This document shows positions 1-17,854 of a DNA stretch of 64,000 nt, piece by piece. Source of the stretch: Octopus vulgaris (lineage: Eukaryota); contig OX597815.1 in NCBI GenBank assembly GCA_951406725.2, positions 203,050,001 through 203,114,000 on the forward strand. Reading direction: 5' to 3'. Positions within the stretch are counted from its first letter, which is position 1; each line of letters starts with the position of its first letter. The notes under the pieces are model-generated. The model was not told where the DNA came from, ran no database searches, and saw only the letters and a program-made list of their open reading frames with translations. Position numbers and translations under genes: made by a program.

Positions 1-1559
1 CTTAAAATACAATGTATGCCTTATATTCTATTATATAATTTTTAGTGTACGCTACCGCTGGGCTTTTCTTAGACCTAATTATTCACATAAAAAAAAATAA
101 GCTGTAGAGTGAAACAATGCTAGCGTACTGAGTCCATAGTACAAGGGGATGAAAATCGGATCCGTATTCCGTATCCTCTTTTCTTTTCAATCGAGAAGCA
201 ACAGAAAAGGATCATGATCGATGTAATTCTTTGTCATCCGACTAAGCTATTGAAAAATTCCAGAGCATCTAATTTAACTATGCATTTTTAAGCTTCTTAT
301 GTAAAGAGTTTAGTAAAAAAAATGAAACCCAGTTCCATTTAAATTAGCCCACAGACATGTGTCTATTGCAATAGACGTTATTTCAAATGTTGTATGTCAT
401 TATTTAGAACTTCACTTGGATGTTGTAATACCTACTGCTTTCGTAAATTAGAATTCTGATATTTCTTGCGTCGCAGAAGGCAATATAATGTAACTTCATT
501 CGCCCTTCTATGAGATAATATTCATTTCCTACACTGAGAATAATAAATCATGGAACGTATATAAATTTCGTAGAAAAACTATATCCAAGGGAATTTTTTT
601 CCTATTTGTTTCCATGGACGCATTTTAGTCAGATTAATTACTAACGTTTTATCTTTGGTATCTTAAGTCCGTATATAGAAGTACTTGGCGGCACATTAGC
701 TTCTTTTCAAATTCAGCAATGTATGTGAAAGAAAAAGATAGATGTCAACATATTTACATGTATCTTCCTTTGCCACTACAGTAAGTGAATAGCAATGGAA
801 AAGAATTCTGAATATATATAACAGTTGTAATTCTAGAAGCATAGCTGAAGACAATTCTATCCACAAATCAATGACAACTCTGAGAAAGATTCATTAAAAG
901 TACACATGCGATTCGCTATACGTATACAATATTTGTTAAATGAACTTTTAAAACATGCTTACTTGGCCAAACAATAGCTTAGTATCTTTTGAAGAAATCT
1001 GATCATGAATATCAATTGTTGGCTTTTCTGACAGCTTTTAGGTTCTTCTTGCTTCAATCGATAGTATCTCAGGCAGTTCAGCAGTTCAATGTCACGTACA
1101 TTAAACAACGTCTTGACCTTGTAAATGGGAAATATGTGATATGAAAATGCTTAAGAAAAGAAAATATGGACAATTTCTAAACGATATCGTTACCTGTCAA
1201 TATTCAAGTTGATATGAAGTACTCCTTTATTCTCGATAACTATTATTCATAATGTATGCACTGAAAGTAGATGGCGCTTTGAGGAATAAATCGTTGGAAC
1301 ACAGTTTGTACTGCAGAACGACCTGTCACCATAATTTTTTAAAAAATCATATTGTTGTTGTTTTTGTTCTCGTTGTCGTTGTTGCAACAGCTTTATCAGA
1401 GAAGGAATGGAATTATTGATACCATTTTCCAGGGATTCTGAAATTTACAGGAGGAAGAGTGAAAGCAATCTTCATAGACATGGTGATGATATGTAATCTT
1501 CACAGCAGACATGGTGATGATATGTTTTCAAGATAATAGACTTCTCTAAAATCATCCTT

Positions 1560-5474
<3,915 letters not shown>

Positions 5475-5953
5475 CAGACACGCACACGCACTCACATATG
5501 GTTGCTTAAGTAACGAGAGGATGGATTTGGTATTAATCTATATTTTTTTATTTTGTACAAAGGTCGCTGCGACCCATCCTACTACTCTCCCTTATGGGTG
5601 GGATACCTTTCAACATGTGTTGCATCAATTTTGCTGTCTGGGTCTCATCAGGTACATTTTATACATAAAGTTTTGTGTCTCGCTACAGATCCCGGGTTTT
5701 GGCCGTCATGTTATATGCCCGTATGGTTAGGGAATGAGTCAGCACTATAATATTCTATTACTATTACCTATTTTCAATAAGAGTTGCAAGCTTTATTGAA
5801 ATATAAAATAATACGGCAATATATTTCTAAGGGGATTTCTTCTAATGGGATTTTGGGCTCGCATCCGGCTAATCTTTTTCATCCTTCTGGGGTCGTTATA
5901 ATCGACTTGTCCTCATAACTGATGAACTTGTACCAAAATTAGAATTACTATTT

Positions 5954-6237
5954 TTGTATAAAAGATCGTAGGTAAGGCCAAATTAGTGTGAAGTAAATGC
6001 AAGGTAAACCTAAAGAAAAGAAATATGTGAATTAATGTAGACTTACCTTGTACTCAATATTTCGGGTGGTTATGACCCCATTTTCAAGAAATTGACGTCA
6101 ATTTCTTGAAAATGGGGTCATAACCCCGAAATATTGAGTACAAGGTAAGTCTACATTAATTCACATATTTCTTTTCTTTAGGTTTACCTTGCATTTACTT
6201 CACACTAGTTTGGCCTTACCCACGATGGTTTATACAA
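5954..6237. repeat. ~140-bp-arm spacerless palindrome with hammerhead-like cores (Penelope-type inverted terminus?)
   Basis: Centre GAC|GTC at 6096/6097. Arms match with a few substitutions and a 2-nt indel. Right arm reads TTC-TTGAAAA-TGGGG-tcataa-CCCC-GAA-ATAT-T-GAG. Confidence 0.85.
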
Positions 6238-7439
6238 TATATTCTACACAATGCTTCACAGTAATTCCATTATACTATTTTTGTTTTTGATCATTGCATA
6301 CAAATTTTGGTTAGTTCTTGATCTCATTTTCCAAAAATAAATATTTAAGGTGACTAGGGATTTCTACGAAATTGGTGAGTAGTTTATTTAATAAACTGGC
6401 GCTCCGTTTTGATGAAAAAAAGAAACTATAGGAATTTTATGGGATACTGAACTCCATTTTACCTTAGCTTTGTAACCGTGCTGTGTTAACATGTTGTCTA
6501 TGTGTTTGGCATATTTTTGCATTACATTGGTATCTTTCCAAGGAAATCAATTTTTCTTCCACCCATCATGGGCATATTAAATGCTACTTATATAACTGTA
6601 TTCACTAGAAGTGGGTCTTGGGTAAAGTGGGAATGTACTCGGAATGAACATAGAATCAGGTTCATTTCTTATTATACTCAGGTTGCTTGATTTAGATATA
6701 GTGGCAATGACCAACGCCTTGTTTTCCTACATACAACTACTTACGTGCTTCTTCTCGACGACTAGGGGTTGTTCACAGCTTCGGTTCAGCCCACACTCAA
6801 CTAGATAGCTGTGATGTTTTCCAAAGTTCTGAATATCTTAGTACTGACAATTGTCCTTGATCTGGAGGATATGTTTGTGATACTAGAGGTTCATATCTTA
6901 CGAAGAACTACAAAGAAAATTGCCTTTGATTGTAATAAACCACTTGATATTTCCAAAGCATCATTTTAACTACTGTCTGTAGATCTGAAGATTTGTGTAT
7001 CTTAATGTAACATTGCTATTCATTAGATTTAAATCGCCTGAAATATCAAGTGCGATTAAGTTTCGTTGATTATAAATATTGTATGAAGTGAAAAGAAATG
7101 TTTAACAGCTTTATATCTTTTCCTTTCTATTTCCATTATTGACATTTATGAAAAATATCACCGTAAGTTTATTTTTATTATTTTAGATTCTTATAAAGAA
7201 ATACAAAATTATATTTCGGTAAATTCAGCTGCTATCTGATATAAAATGCAATTTCAATCGATGTGATGCCTGTAATATATATTATATTATGCCACAAAAA
7301 CTCCCAATATCTAGACATCTACATCTAAACGTTATCTAAGCTTAATAAAATTATCTATGAAGAAAAATAAACAATAGCAATGTAATTAATCTCCACAAAC
7401 AATGAACCAACGAAAACTTTCCATTCTGCTAGTCGGGCA

Positions 7440-7823
7440 ACGCTATAGGTGGCTGTCCCACCATAACGTTCTACAGACGATTAGTGGCGGGTAAGAGAGA
7501 CGACGTTCTCGATGAAGCTTTGGGTGTCAATGGAAATCAACTGGCTTCTCTTTTCTGGAGGACTTTTGGGCCGGAGCGGAAGTTTAAAATTCAGTAATCT
7601 CTGACCTGTCGGTGCTGCCAAGGGACATTGTCATTTCTGAATAAAATCTACAGGCATTGTAGTACGTCAGCTGAGACTGCCCGGGATGAAAACGACGAAA
7701 CCGTTCCACATGCACTCGTACGGTGATAGGTGGAGTTATGTTTTGTTTTGGTCGAATTCAGCTTTCTGGATTGTGAAGAGAACCCTCATCGCCCTTCTCT
7801 AACTTGGAAGGGCAAGCATTTCC

Positions 7824-7887
<64 letters not shown>

Positions 7888-8287
7888 TTTTCTCTCTCGC
7901 TCTCGTGGCTATGGCGAAAGAGGAGTATGGTGTGCGCGAATGAAAGGGCTGAAGACAGTTTTCATTTGGAAAGAAAAATGATTGCGGAAAGGTAGGAACA
8001 TTGTCTCTGTAAATTTTTCGAAGTGTGGATGAAAGTAGAAAGAAGGAGCCGAGTAAATGGTCCTGCTCTAAGTATGCGCCTATGCGCTTAAAATTGCGGA
8101 GGAGAGATCACTTATTACGGTGCATCTGTTGAGTAGGAAAACCTGGAATCTCTTAGGTTCATTAGTCACGCTTAGGTGGCGCTCGCCTCAAAGGAGGAAT
8201 TTCATTGATTATTGTTAATTGTTTTTGTTTTATTTTTTAAACTTGTTAATCGCCGTTTGTTTTGTACTTTGTCCTTGTGGCTACTAA
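7440..8287 (+). mobile_element. Old, diverged Tx1-clade fragment (ORF2 C-terminus + 3'UTR)
   Basis: Translates TFYRRLVAG...LFWRTFGP...NKIYRH...DETVPHALV and AMAKGGVWCARMKGLKT, collinear with copy 2 (AFYRGLVEG, LFRTTFGP, DKLYRH, DETVLHALV, AMAKECIWWTRLKGLET). Ends TTGTGGCTACTAAA. Confidence 0.75.
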
Positions 8288-8520
<233 letters not shown>

Positions 8521-8529
8521 TGTTGTCAA

Positions 8530-8742
8530 GACAGAGAGCTACAAGAATCGCTATCACGTCGGGCAAAATGCTTAGCGATATTTCGTTTGTCTCATGTTCT
8601 GAGTTCAAATTGCGCCGAGGTCGACTTTTCCTTTTATCCTGGCGGGGTTGATAAAATAAATACCAGTTGCGTACTGAGTCGATGTAATCGACTATCCCCA
8701 TCTTCCAAATTCCAGGCATTGTGCCTACTGCAGAAAGGGTTA
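8530..8742 (+). mobile_element. SINE family M (Meta-domain-like central motif)
   Basis: B-box-like GAGTTCAAAT then CCTTTTATCC..GGGGTTGATAAAATAAATACC. Homologous to copies at ~26972, 35911 and 55655. Confidence 0.75.
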
Positions 8743-8745
8743 TTT

Positions 8746-8881
<136 letters not shown>

Positions 8882-9632
8882 TAACGTAGTCGATTATCTG
8901 GTTGTGGTTTTTCATGTGATCTTGTTTTGTTTTTCTGTGCATAATATTTCTTTTTTATATTATTGCATAATTGTTATTATTATTGTTTTGCTTTTTACAC
9001 CACATCGGCTTATGTATATTAAAGTCGGTATTGACAAAACAACAATATTTTACTTTCTTTAAATAGCTGATATTTATCTGTGTCTAGTTGGTATCTATTG
9101 ATTAAAGAGAGATGCGTTTTTGATCTTGCTTAAACAAGGTTGTTTGATGTTTTTTAAAAGAATTTTACTTCCATTCCTATGATACAAATGGTTTCTAAGA
9201 AGCCAATTTAGAGAAATAGCCAGGCATACTTCTTATATTTTCATCAATATCATTCGATATTATTCTCAGTGTTCCTACCACTATAAGGAGGACGATAGTG
9301 GATATGTGCCTCGTATACATGTTATCTGTAGAAACGACGTCAGTTACATTTACTCAAGTGTTTTTCACTCTGATAAACATGATATTTCGATCGTTACATC
9401 TCATCATTTCCTCGTTTCGTATGACCTTCGACTCCAGACCAGACTACTTCCAATATCGTTAGTACTGTTATTGCCAAGGCAAAGTTTTATTAAAATACGG
9501 TTTGCAATGATATATGTCTTTGTGCGTGTGTGTGTGTGTGCGTTGGGAGGAGTTTGTGTTTGTGTGTTTGTATACATACAGGTTTGTATACTCTGTATGT
9601 ATTGTATATATGCATACATCTATACATGTTAG

Positions 9633-9800
9633 TGTGTTTACGTCCACGTAACTTAGCGGTTCGGAAAAAGAGACCAAAAGAATAAGTACTAGGCTTACAA
9701 AGAATAAGTCTTTGGGGTCGATTCTTTCGGCTAAAGGCGGTGCTCCACCATGGCCGTAGGGAAATGACTGAAACAAGTAAACGAATAAAGGAATAGAAGA
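9633..9800 (+). mobile_element. SINE family A, 3' half
   Basis: Matches cttagcggttcgg...gaataagtact...ggcggtgctcc...tgactgaaacaagtaaa of full copies. Confidence 0.85.
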
Positions 9801-9868
9801 AAGAATAAATATATACATACACACACGCACACACACACACACACACATACACACACACACACATACAT

Positions 9869-9913
<45 letters not shown>

Positions 9914-9932
9914 TCAAAATTAATCTCAAAAT

Positions 9933-10022
9933 TAATCAGCCGAAATTGCGAAGATGATCCGGCTTTTGACTGAAGATCTTTTTTTGTATTGTCTTCTAAA
10001 TGTTTTGCGTTCTTGTCCCAGT
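9933..10022 (+). repeat. Short repeat module P embedded in (TA)n
   Basis: aatcagccgaaattgcg...gactgaagat...ttttgcgttcttgtccca. Homologues at 43781 (-), 53464 and 42035. Confidence 0.7.
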
Positions 10023-11764
10023 TTGTGTTTTTTTTTTACATTTATCCTATATACATATATATATATATATTTCTATATATATATATATATATATATAATA
10101 GAATAGAACATAAGGAAAATGGAGAGTTTCTAAACAGAGAAAAATCATTTTTTTTTATATAATACAGTTTCATATCGCCTATGTACGTTTCAATTCCTTA
10201 CCTTCATTCATATTCTGCAATTAACAAACAAGCACACAAACGTCTGCTGCTATTTCAGTCGGTAAGAAACTTCCCAGCCATTAGAATGGGAATGAATATT
10301 TGTCAATTTTTGTCGTGATTAGATTTTTGCCTTTTATATGCATAATGCAATCTTAATAGCAAAATAGGAATGAAAGTAAGAAACTGAATTGTACGTAGGC
10401 GATATGAAACAGACTATTATATAAATTGACCTTTTCTGTATTCAATAACTCTCCAGTTGTATTATATTATTAAAATTCTCTTCTTCTCTTCTCCTATATC
10501 GAATAGACGAAAATATCTATAACGACGACTGGAACTCCATAATTATTAATACTAATACTAACATAAATTAATGAATTCCAAGTATTTTTATCAATAGAGT
10601 TAAACCGCTTATGAAAGAGCAACCTCTTTCTTTTCGAAACTTCATTAACACTTCTTATCTATCGATCTCGCTCTATATATATGTATATATACACACATAT
10701 ATATTTATACATTTGTGTACGTGTGCGTGCGTGTCTATGTTTGTGCGTGCGTGTCTATGTTTGTGTATGCATTTATGTATACATATGATGTTTTATTCTT
10801 ACCTCTCATTCACTGCTATCCAGTTCTCATGTCCTTAACACCATAAATTTATTTCACCAGATTTACTTATCATATCTCTGATTACTATATCTCTGATTTT
10901 CAGGAAAAACAGTCATTTTCGAAGCAATTATTTGTCCACATACTGCCTACATTCATCTTCTACTTCTAGCAGATTTGTGACTATGTACTACTTGCATCTT
11001 ATTAATATTGATAATGATTGTTTTTCAGGTTTTTAACAATTATTGTTGCCACATAACGAGGTTAATAATTGCAATAGAATTTATTTGACCATATGCTTTA
11101 AGTTGTTTGATTTCAAGCATGTAGAGTAAACACGTAGATGCATTAATTATTGACTAATCTACAGTTTCCTTGACATTATGTTAGGACATTATAAGAATTT
11201 AATGTTAAATATATTACACTACATTGAAACACTAATTGAGACATTTTTTTTTCTTTACTCATTTGTCATTCGAGTGCGGCCATGCTAGAACATTACCTTG
11301 AAACGCTTAGTAGACAACTCGACCTCACTACTTAAGGCTCGTGACAAAATCTTCAACCTTGTAACTTTTACTCGAAACAAAAATCGCTGGAGAACATTAC
11401 ACGACAATATTTCTGGTGGCCATTATGATACCCATGCTAACTCGAACGCGGTACCTCTATTAGGACGTTACGTGACCGTTGCTACAAAGATATCGTATCA
11501 AGGTATGATGAAATATATACATATGAGAAGTTTACCAGCAGGATGACATAAATGAAAAATTATTCACAGTAAAAATAAAAATAAAAACTAATGATTAAAT
11601 TTACCTTCCACACTTGACTGATTTCAGAACAAAAGCTCTGTTCGTTGATAGAGCACTTTTTCAAGGCATTACAATAGAGTACAAAGTTAGTTATTTCCGT
11701 CCAATATATTGTTTGCATTAAAATTAATATCATTGAAAGACAGAGAAGCAATACATTTGTGGAT

Positions 11765-12080
11765 TGCAACTACGACATTTCGGATTCTGTCCCACTGCTT
11801 GAAACATTAAGCAAGTGACATCTACTATAACGCTAGGTTGCTTAATGCTATGTGAGTGAATCTGGTGACAGAAAACTGTGTGGAAGCTCATCGAATGTGT
11901 GCGCGTGCGTGCGTGCGTGTGCGTGTGTGTCTTGTCAGCGGCGCTGGTATTCATATGCCTCGTAACGAGTAGTTAGACAAAACAGCCTGATGGAGTAAGT
12001 ATCAGAGTTAAAAGTATATAAGCTCTTCGGTCGATTTGACGATGCAGTAGGAAGGCTAAATTCTAGTAACTGAAACAAGT
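11765..12080 (+). mobile_element. Degenerate SINE family A relative
   Basis: gtcccactgc, gcaagtgacatctactata, gtgagtgaatctggtgacagaaaactg, internal (GT/GC) repeat, actgaaacaagt. Confidence 0.6.
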
Positions 12081-12159
12081 ATATATATAATTATGTGGGC
12101 ATCTGTAGTAGACTAGACTGAAAGCATTAAATACAAGGCTTTTTCTTTTCAGCGAAAGG

Positions 12160-12209
12160 GAGATAGAGATAGACAGATGGATAGATAAATATATGGATAA
12201 ATATATAGG

Positions 12210-12279
<70 letters not shown>

Positions 12280-12485
12280 CACAGACGGACAGACTGGAAG
12301 ATAGGTAGGTAGATAGATAGATAGATAGATAGATAGAGAAAGATAGAGAGAGAGATAGATTGATAGATAGATAGATAGATAAATTAACGTATATACTTAT
12401 ATATATATCATACAAATATGCGTATATATATATATATATATATAAATATATATACAAATATCGTATATATATATATATATATCAT

Positions 12486-12560
<75 letters not shown>

Positions 12561-12574
12561 CATACAAATATGCG

Positions 12575-12610
<36 letters not shown>

Positions 12611-12672
12611 CATACAAATATGCGTATATATATATATATATATATCATACAAATATGCGTATATATATATAT
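12160..12672. repeat. Compound (GATA)n plus minisatellite [CATACAAATATGCG(TA)n]
   Basis: Unit recurs with variants at about 12409, 12483, 12561, 12611 and 12646. Confidence 0.9.
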
Positions 12673-13326
12673 AAATACATGCAATGATATATAGTATGTA
12701 TTGACGTGGGAGTGGTGTAGGAGTGAGAGTCACTCCTCTTTTGTAGCATATATCAAATTAACAATATCATTGTTCAAGCTGAAGATAGTAACAGGCAGGT
12801 AATTAGCTTGCCACTGTCCAGTTTCTCTATTATTAATGTATATTTCCCATGTAATGGTTTATTTTTCTATAACAATAGCCTTCTATTATTATATGTTCTG
12901 CTATTTTTATCTGTTTTCCGCCATTTCAATGACGGTCTCTGAATATAGCATTTTTGATGACATTTTCGATTTTTTTCTGTCTGAAAAACGTCTTTCAGCA
13001 TCTTGAATGTCTTTCTTTCCGTTTAATGACCAACAGATGCTATAGTATCCTCTGCACTTGGTCATTGTTTGCGAGTGCGTCAACTTCCTTTGAATATCTT
13101 CCATTTCGTGTACTTCCTCCCTATGTCGATTGCTAGTTTAAGTGGAATGTTTATGCAATCATGCCTCCTCCTCTGTGTCGGAGGATCTACGAAGGCAATG
13201 GGCTTGGCCTTCCTCCAAACCTAGCCAGTAAAATAAGAAATGCCTTAGAAGACAATAGACAGTTAAAAGAAATGTTAATTCCACAACATAATATCTTTAT
13301 TTTACAGCAAGGGGTTATTTTACATA

Positions 13327-13491
13327 GGCGCAGGAGTGGCTGTGTGGTAAGTAGCTTTCTAACCAACCACATGGTTCCGGGTTCAGTCCAACTGCGTGGC
13401 ATCTTGGGCAAGTGTCTTCTGCTATAGCCCCGGGCCGACCAATGCCTTGTGAGTGGATTTGGTCGACGGAAACTGAAAGAAGCCTGTCGTA

Positions 13492-13581
<90 letters not shown>

Positions 13582-13790
13582 TGTGTCTGTGATTGTCCCC
13601 CTAGTATTGCTTGACAACCGATGCTGGTGTGTTTACTTCCCCGTCACTTAGCGGTTCGGCAAAAGTGACCGATAGAATAAGTACTGGGCTTACAAAGAAT
13701 AAGTCCCGGGGTCGATTTGCTCGATTAAAGGCGGTGCTCCAGCATGGCCGCAGTCAAATGAATGAAACAAGTAAAAGAGTAAAAGAGTAA
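13327..13790 (+). mobile_element. SINE family A, full length (tRNA-derived head, CORE-like TTGGGCAAGT, internal (TA)n(TG)n)
   Basis: A-box TGGCTGTGTGG, B-box GGTTCAGTCC, (TAAAAGAG)n tail. Near-identical copies at 27714, 40115 and 56256. Confidence 0.92.
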
Positions 13791-16090
13791 GGAAAAAAAA
13801 TAATGATTTTATGAGAGAAAACATTAATAATGTATGGACAAACGTGAATAACATCGTACACTTTGCCCAGTGTTGATAACACGAAAGGATTTTGCTAACA
13901 GAAGAAATTAATGGAGACTTCGCAATATAAAGAGGGAAAGGTTGATGGTACCCAGATCCAATTACTCTGCAGGAATAGATTTGTCCGGCAGAGTTCTGTA
14001 ACAGGAAGGGGTTCAATATATTTTAATCCTATGGAACACAGGATTACAAGAAAAGGATATTTCTATATTACCAAAACTACAGAGTGTTTTCTTGGCTTAC
14101 CGAAAGAGAAATTGCCTCATAGTTGCTATATCGAATAACTTATTCTCTGTTGACCGAAAAACAAGCTATAGCAGTATATGTTTAATATTCAAAACAGATC
14201 TCAAGTTGAGAAAATTCTATAAGCTGGTACAACACAGCTACAGAGAAACCTGAATCGTTGTACTTGAAGTAGCACAAGTGTTAATAGAAGATATTTGAAT
14301 ATATGGACAACGTTGACCCATGACTTCATCGTAATTTTTGTAAAGCAGTATGAAGAGGTGATAAGTGCCGACGGAATAAAAACAACGATCGATCATGAGA
14401 TGTCTATAAGAATACGAAAGTTCCAATGAACTTTGAATTATGTTGAGATGTCCTGTAACTGTGACATGCAATGAATAAAGAAAACAAATTCATGACACCG
14501 GTAAAGCAGTCAGAAGGTCTAGTTGTAACATACCTTAAGGGGCAGTAAAAGAGCAGCAGAGAGAGGGAGGTTTTCTGTTTTTGTTTTTCTTGGAGGGTGG
14601 TTAGAGTATCACATATCACTCTCCTAATGGAGATAAGTAAAATTTTATTGTTTGGGAACTGCAAAACCTTTTCGACAGTCAATGCATGTCATACTCGAGT
14701 CCTCCTTTCTCGCTGAATTACGGCTTTGCTAATTAGTTACTGGCCATGATATTCATGTAAGACTTTGTAGTATCACCTCCTCCTTTATGGTAACAGGTTG
14801 TTTTTCCCCAGATGTTCTGTATACTAAATACGACTTTGTTGCCTTTAAACTTGTGCAAGTGGTGGAAACGAAGGAAATAAGTATAGATTTTAGGGTTTGC
14901 TATATTTTTATTCTTAATGATTCAGATTTAAGGATTTGCTAAATCTCTGTTACTGATGACTGAGATTTTAGGGCTTGCTATATTTCTTGCTGATTGAGAT
15001 GGGATTCCACTAAATGAACCAGTTAGCTATCTGTAATTCATGAAGCATTTTTCTAACACATTGTAGGTCCTTGTTAAATATTTCACCTAAAAGTTTCGAA
15101 CCTTATAACGCATTGGTGCCTGCTGCAAAATTCCTTGTTATTATTTTCCAAGAAATGAACATATTGATGTCATTTGTCATTTATTCTTTTCAACATAGGT
15201 TAGCGACTGAATGTCTAATATAGTGTTACTCAAAAGTCAGTGCTAATCAAAGGTATTAAATAAACATATAACAGTTTTTGAAATTGGAAGTGAGACTTAT
15301 TAAGAGACCATGTAATTTATGCCATCAGTAACATCTCTTTGATCTACTATTCGTTGTGCAGTAACTTTTGGTTTATCTTTAAAAAAGAAATTTGTATCTC
15401 TTTGACAGTAAATGGTTTTTAGTTTTGATACTATCTCAACGGTTGATGTTGACTGATACAGTGTATGAATATTCTCGCTCTATAGTTTTTGTATTTCTCT
15501 CTTATGTGCATAAAGATTGATTCGCTTTCCTTTACTTGCACACATGTGATGCTTATTAACCTTAAGCTAAAGAGTTTTAAGCTGTTGAATTTTGAAAGGA
15601 TGCTTCGATGATCTACTGTGTTGGTAAAAGCGTTTCCGTGTACCAAAGTGTATTTCGTAATAGTGTATGCGTGTATGTCTGTGTATGTGTGTGTTTGTGT
15701 GTTTGTTTGTGTGTGTGTGTGTGTCTGTGTGTGTGTGTGTGTCTGTGTGTGTGTGAGTGTTCTCTATTATTTCTTAATGGGCTACAATAGAAAACATTCA
15801 ATATGGTCAACTTGAAATTCCTGGATAAATATGTGCCTGATCGAGAATAGGTTTAAACACACACACTCATGCGCCCACACATACAACTGCACACACACAC
15901 ACATACGACTGCACACACACGCACACATGCGACTGCACACACATACACATACACTTACACATATACATTCAGACTCACACGCACACGTACGTACTCACAC
16001 ACGTACACACATACATCTGCACAGTGATCACTGGATTATTTAGTTTAAATGCATTCTAGTCGTCAACGAGACTAGGGCATTCAATTCACT

Positions 16091-16940
16091 CTACTCATCC
16101 ACCTGCTTTTCTCGCTCTATTTGGTTATTCCAGTTTATTTTGTCATTCTCGGCAGCAGTTCTTTCGAGATACAATGCTTGCAGCATCCCCATCAATAATG
16201 AGTATCTAGCATGACAGCATGTTTGTAAATATAAGATATTAGGTTTGATATAGATAGCTTTCGCAATTGCAATGATCCACCAAATGTAAAGGTCACTACA
16301 TAACGCCATGTATATATTGCATATATTCGAAACCTTTCTTTCATCATTGTTAGTAACAAGAATACTTATCAAAATGATATGACGGCATTACATTAAATGC
16401 ATTACATTGTACTGATGGTTGATTGGGATTTCAGAATTCAATATAGATTTTTTTTTTACTTTATCAACCAGGATAGATAATATGCTGAGATCTAATATAT
16501 CTTCTGTTTAAATATTTTAAAAACCGATTCATCAAATGCAGAGCAGGCGCCAACATTATTCTGGAACTGCTTCTCAAGTTGTACATATTTATTCATTCAA
16601 CTGAGACAATATCGAATACGGGTATTTTGTTTTTCTTCAAAATCTCAGTGGAGGTCTACAGCTGTTTTATGTAGAGATGTTGTCACTTCTAGTTATTGAA
16701 TATTGAATCGTAACTATGCCATTAACGAACTTAATTATAGAACTTAATTCCCGAGGTACTAGATGCAAAATAATACCACTACAGAGTATTCTTCCGTGGT
16801 TATGTGTGTAGCTTGATGATCCGGCTACAGTTGCATTAAGAACTGTCTGCTTCTCTTACATTCAAGGATCGCTTGATACAGCATTGATGTAGTGTTACAA
16901 GATATATAATTATTTTTACAATCTCAGCAGACTTACTATT
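16091..16940 (-). pseudogene. Possible second decayed cadherin-like remnant (last EC repeats + TM-like segment)
   Basis: GIVTIQ (~16702-16719), DFEEKQNT (16621-16644), ISILVTNNDE then hydrophobic LYIWWIIAIAKAIYI..TCC in ORF 16091-16372. Confidence 0.3.
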
Positions 16941-17044
16941 TGCAAAGCAATGTAAATGAATTTGTTCAATATGTCTATCTTTCTCATTAATAGTAGAATG
17001 GGGGGAAATGATTGCTACTTAGAATTTAACATTTGAGTTTCTAC

Positions 17045-17250
17045 ATAGTTACTTGACCTGCTAAAAATATCAACTTAATCCTTATCCAGTCTCATACTAT
17101 AGTCTACTAAAAAAAAAGAGGAAGGACATATTACACACTATAGACCAAGATTCGTTGTACTTGAAAATGAACGGTATTCACAGTTTAAATGCTTTTGGTT
17201 ATATTTTGACTCGATAAACTCTGAGCTGGAGGAAAAGAAGTACAATGATA
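17045..17250 (+). repeat. Old dispersed repeat family O (copy 1 of 4)
   Basis: Weak similarity to 23285-23500 (-), 28850-29045 (+) and 57125-57325 (-): gacctgcta..aata..., ..gctt/atgcttttg.., ctga.ctgg. Confidence 0.4.
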
Positions 17251-17699
17251 GTTGATGTAGACCGAAATTTGTTCTTGCGATAAGACCACTGTATGTCTAC
17301 ACATTTAGTGGATTTCGTTTAGTAACAGTGAAACTAAAGAAATAGATAGATCCAGGCAAATACGTTCAACTATATTTCATCTGTTTTAAGCCTATCCCGT
17401 TATATAATTAGTAGAAATTTTTGCCAAATATTAACAAAAGTATTAACGAATCAAAAGAAGGGGAAAACACTTCACACTGTATGGTCAGTATCTTAATATA
17501 TATTGAAATTATCCTACAGCCACTAGTATCTAAAGCAAATTGTGTTATGCAGTTATGCGTGGGACTTATTTACTATACCGTTTAGTTTTTCAAGTAAATA
17601 ATTTTGTTTCTCGGAAATTCATATATTGTATTTTGTGCTTCGAGCAAAATATTTCACTTTATGTATAAGAATACACACACACACTCACACACACGTACA

Positions 17700-17758
<59 letters not shown>

Positions 17759-17760
17759 AT

Positions 17761-17797
<37 letters not shown>

Positions 17798-17854
17798 AGA
17801 CTAGCTGTTGACTGACAATTTAAAACAAAAGTGACAGATATTTTTTCAAGTATC

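Noticed and set aside
11298-11546. 82-aa plus ORF with a good donor (AAG|GTATGA)
   Set aside because: Starts inside a SINE remnant, with no recognisable domain or partner exon.
11560-11778. Signal-peptide-like first exon for the cadherin remnant
   Set aside because: The upstream ATG is followed by a stop and overlaps a degenerate SINE head, so it may be chance.
12405-12672. Repeat-spacer pattern resembling CRISPR
   Set aside because: The spacers are just (TA)n; it is a minisatellite and there are no cas genes.
13327-13400. tRNA genes at SINE heads (also 25908, 27714, 38685, 40115)
   Set aside because: A/B boxes are present but there is no complete cloverleaf, and each continues into a SINE body.
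14600-15200. Possible ancient L1-type fragment on the minus strand (ISW..EKGGL, TNDINMF, VKYL)
   Set aside because: Motifs too short and degenerate to support without a profile search.
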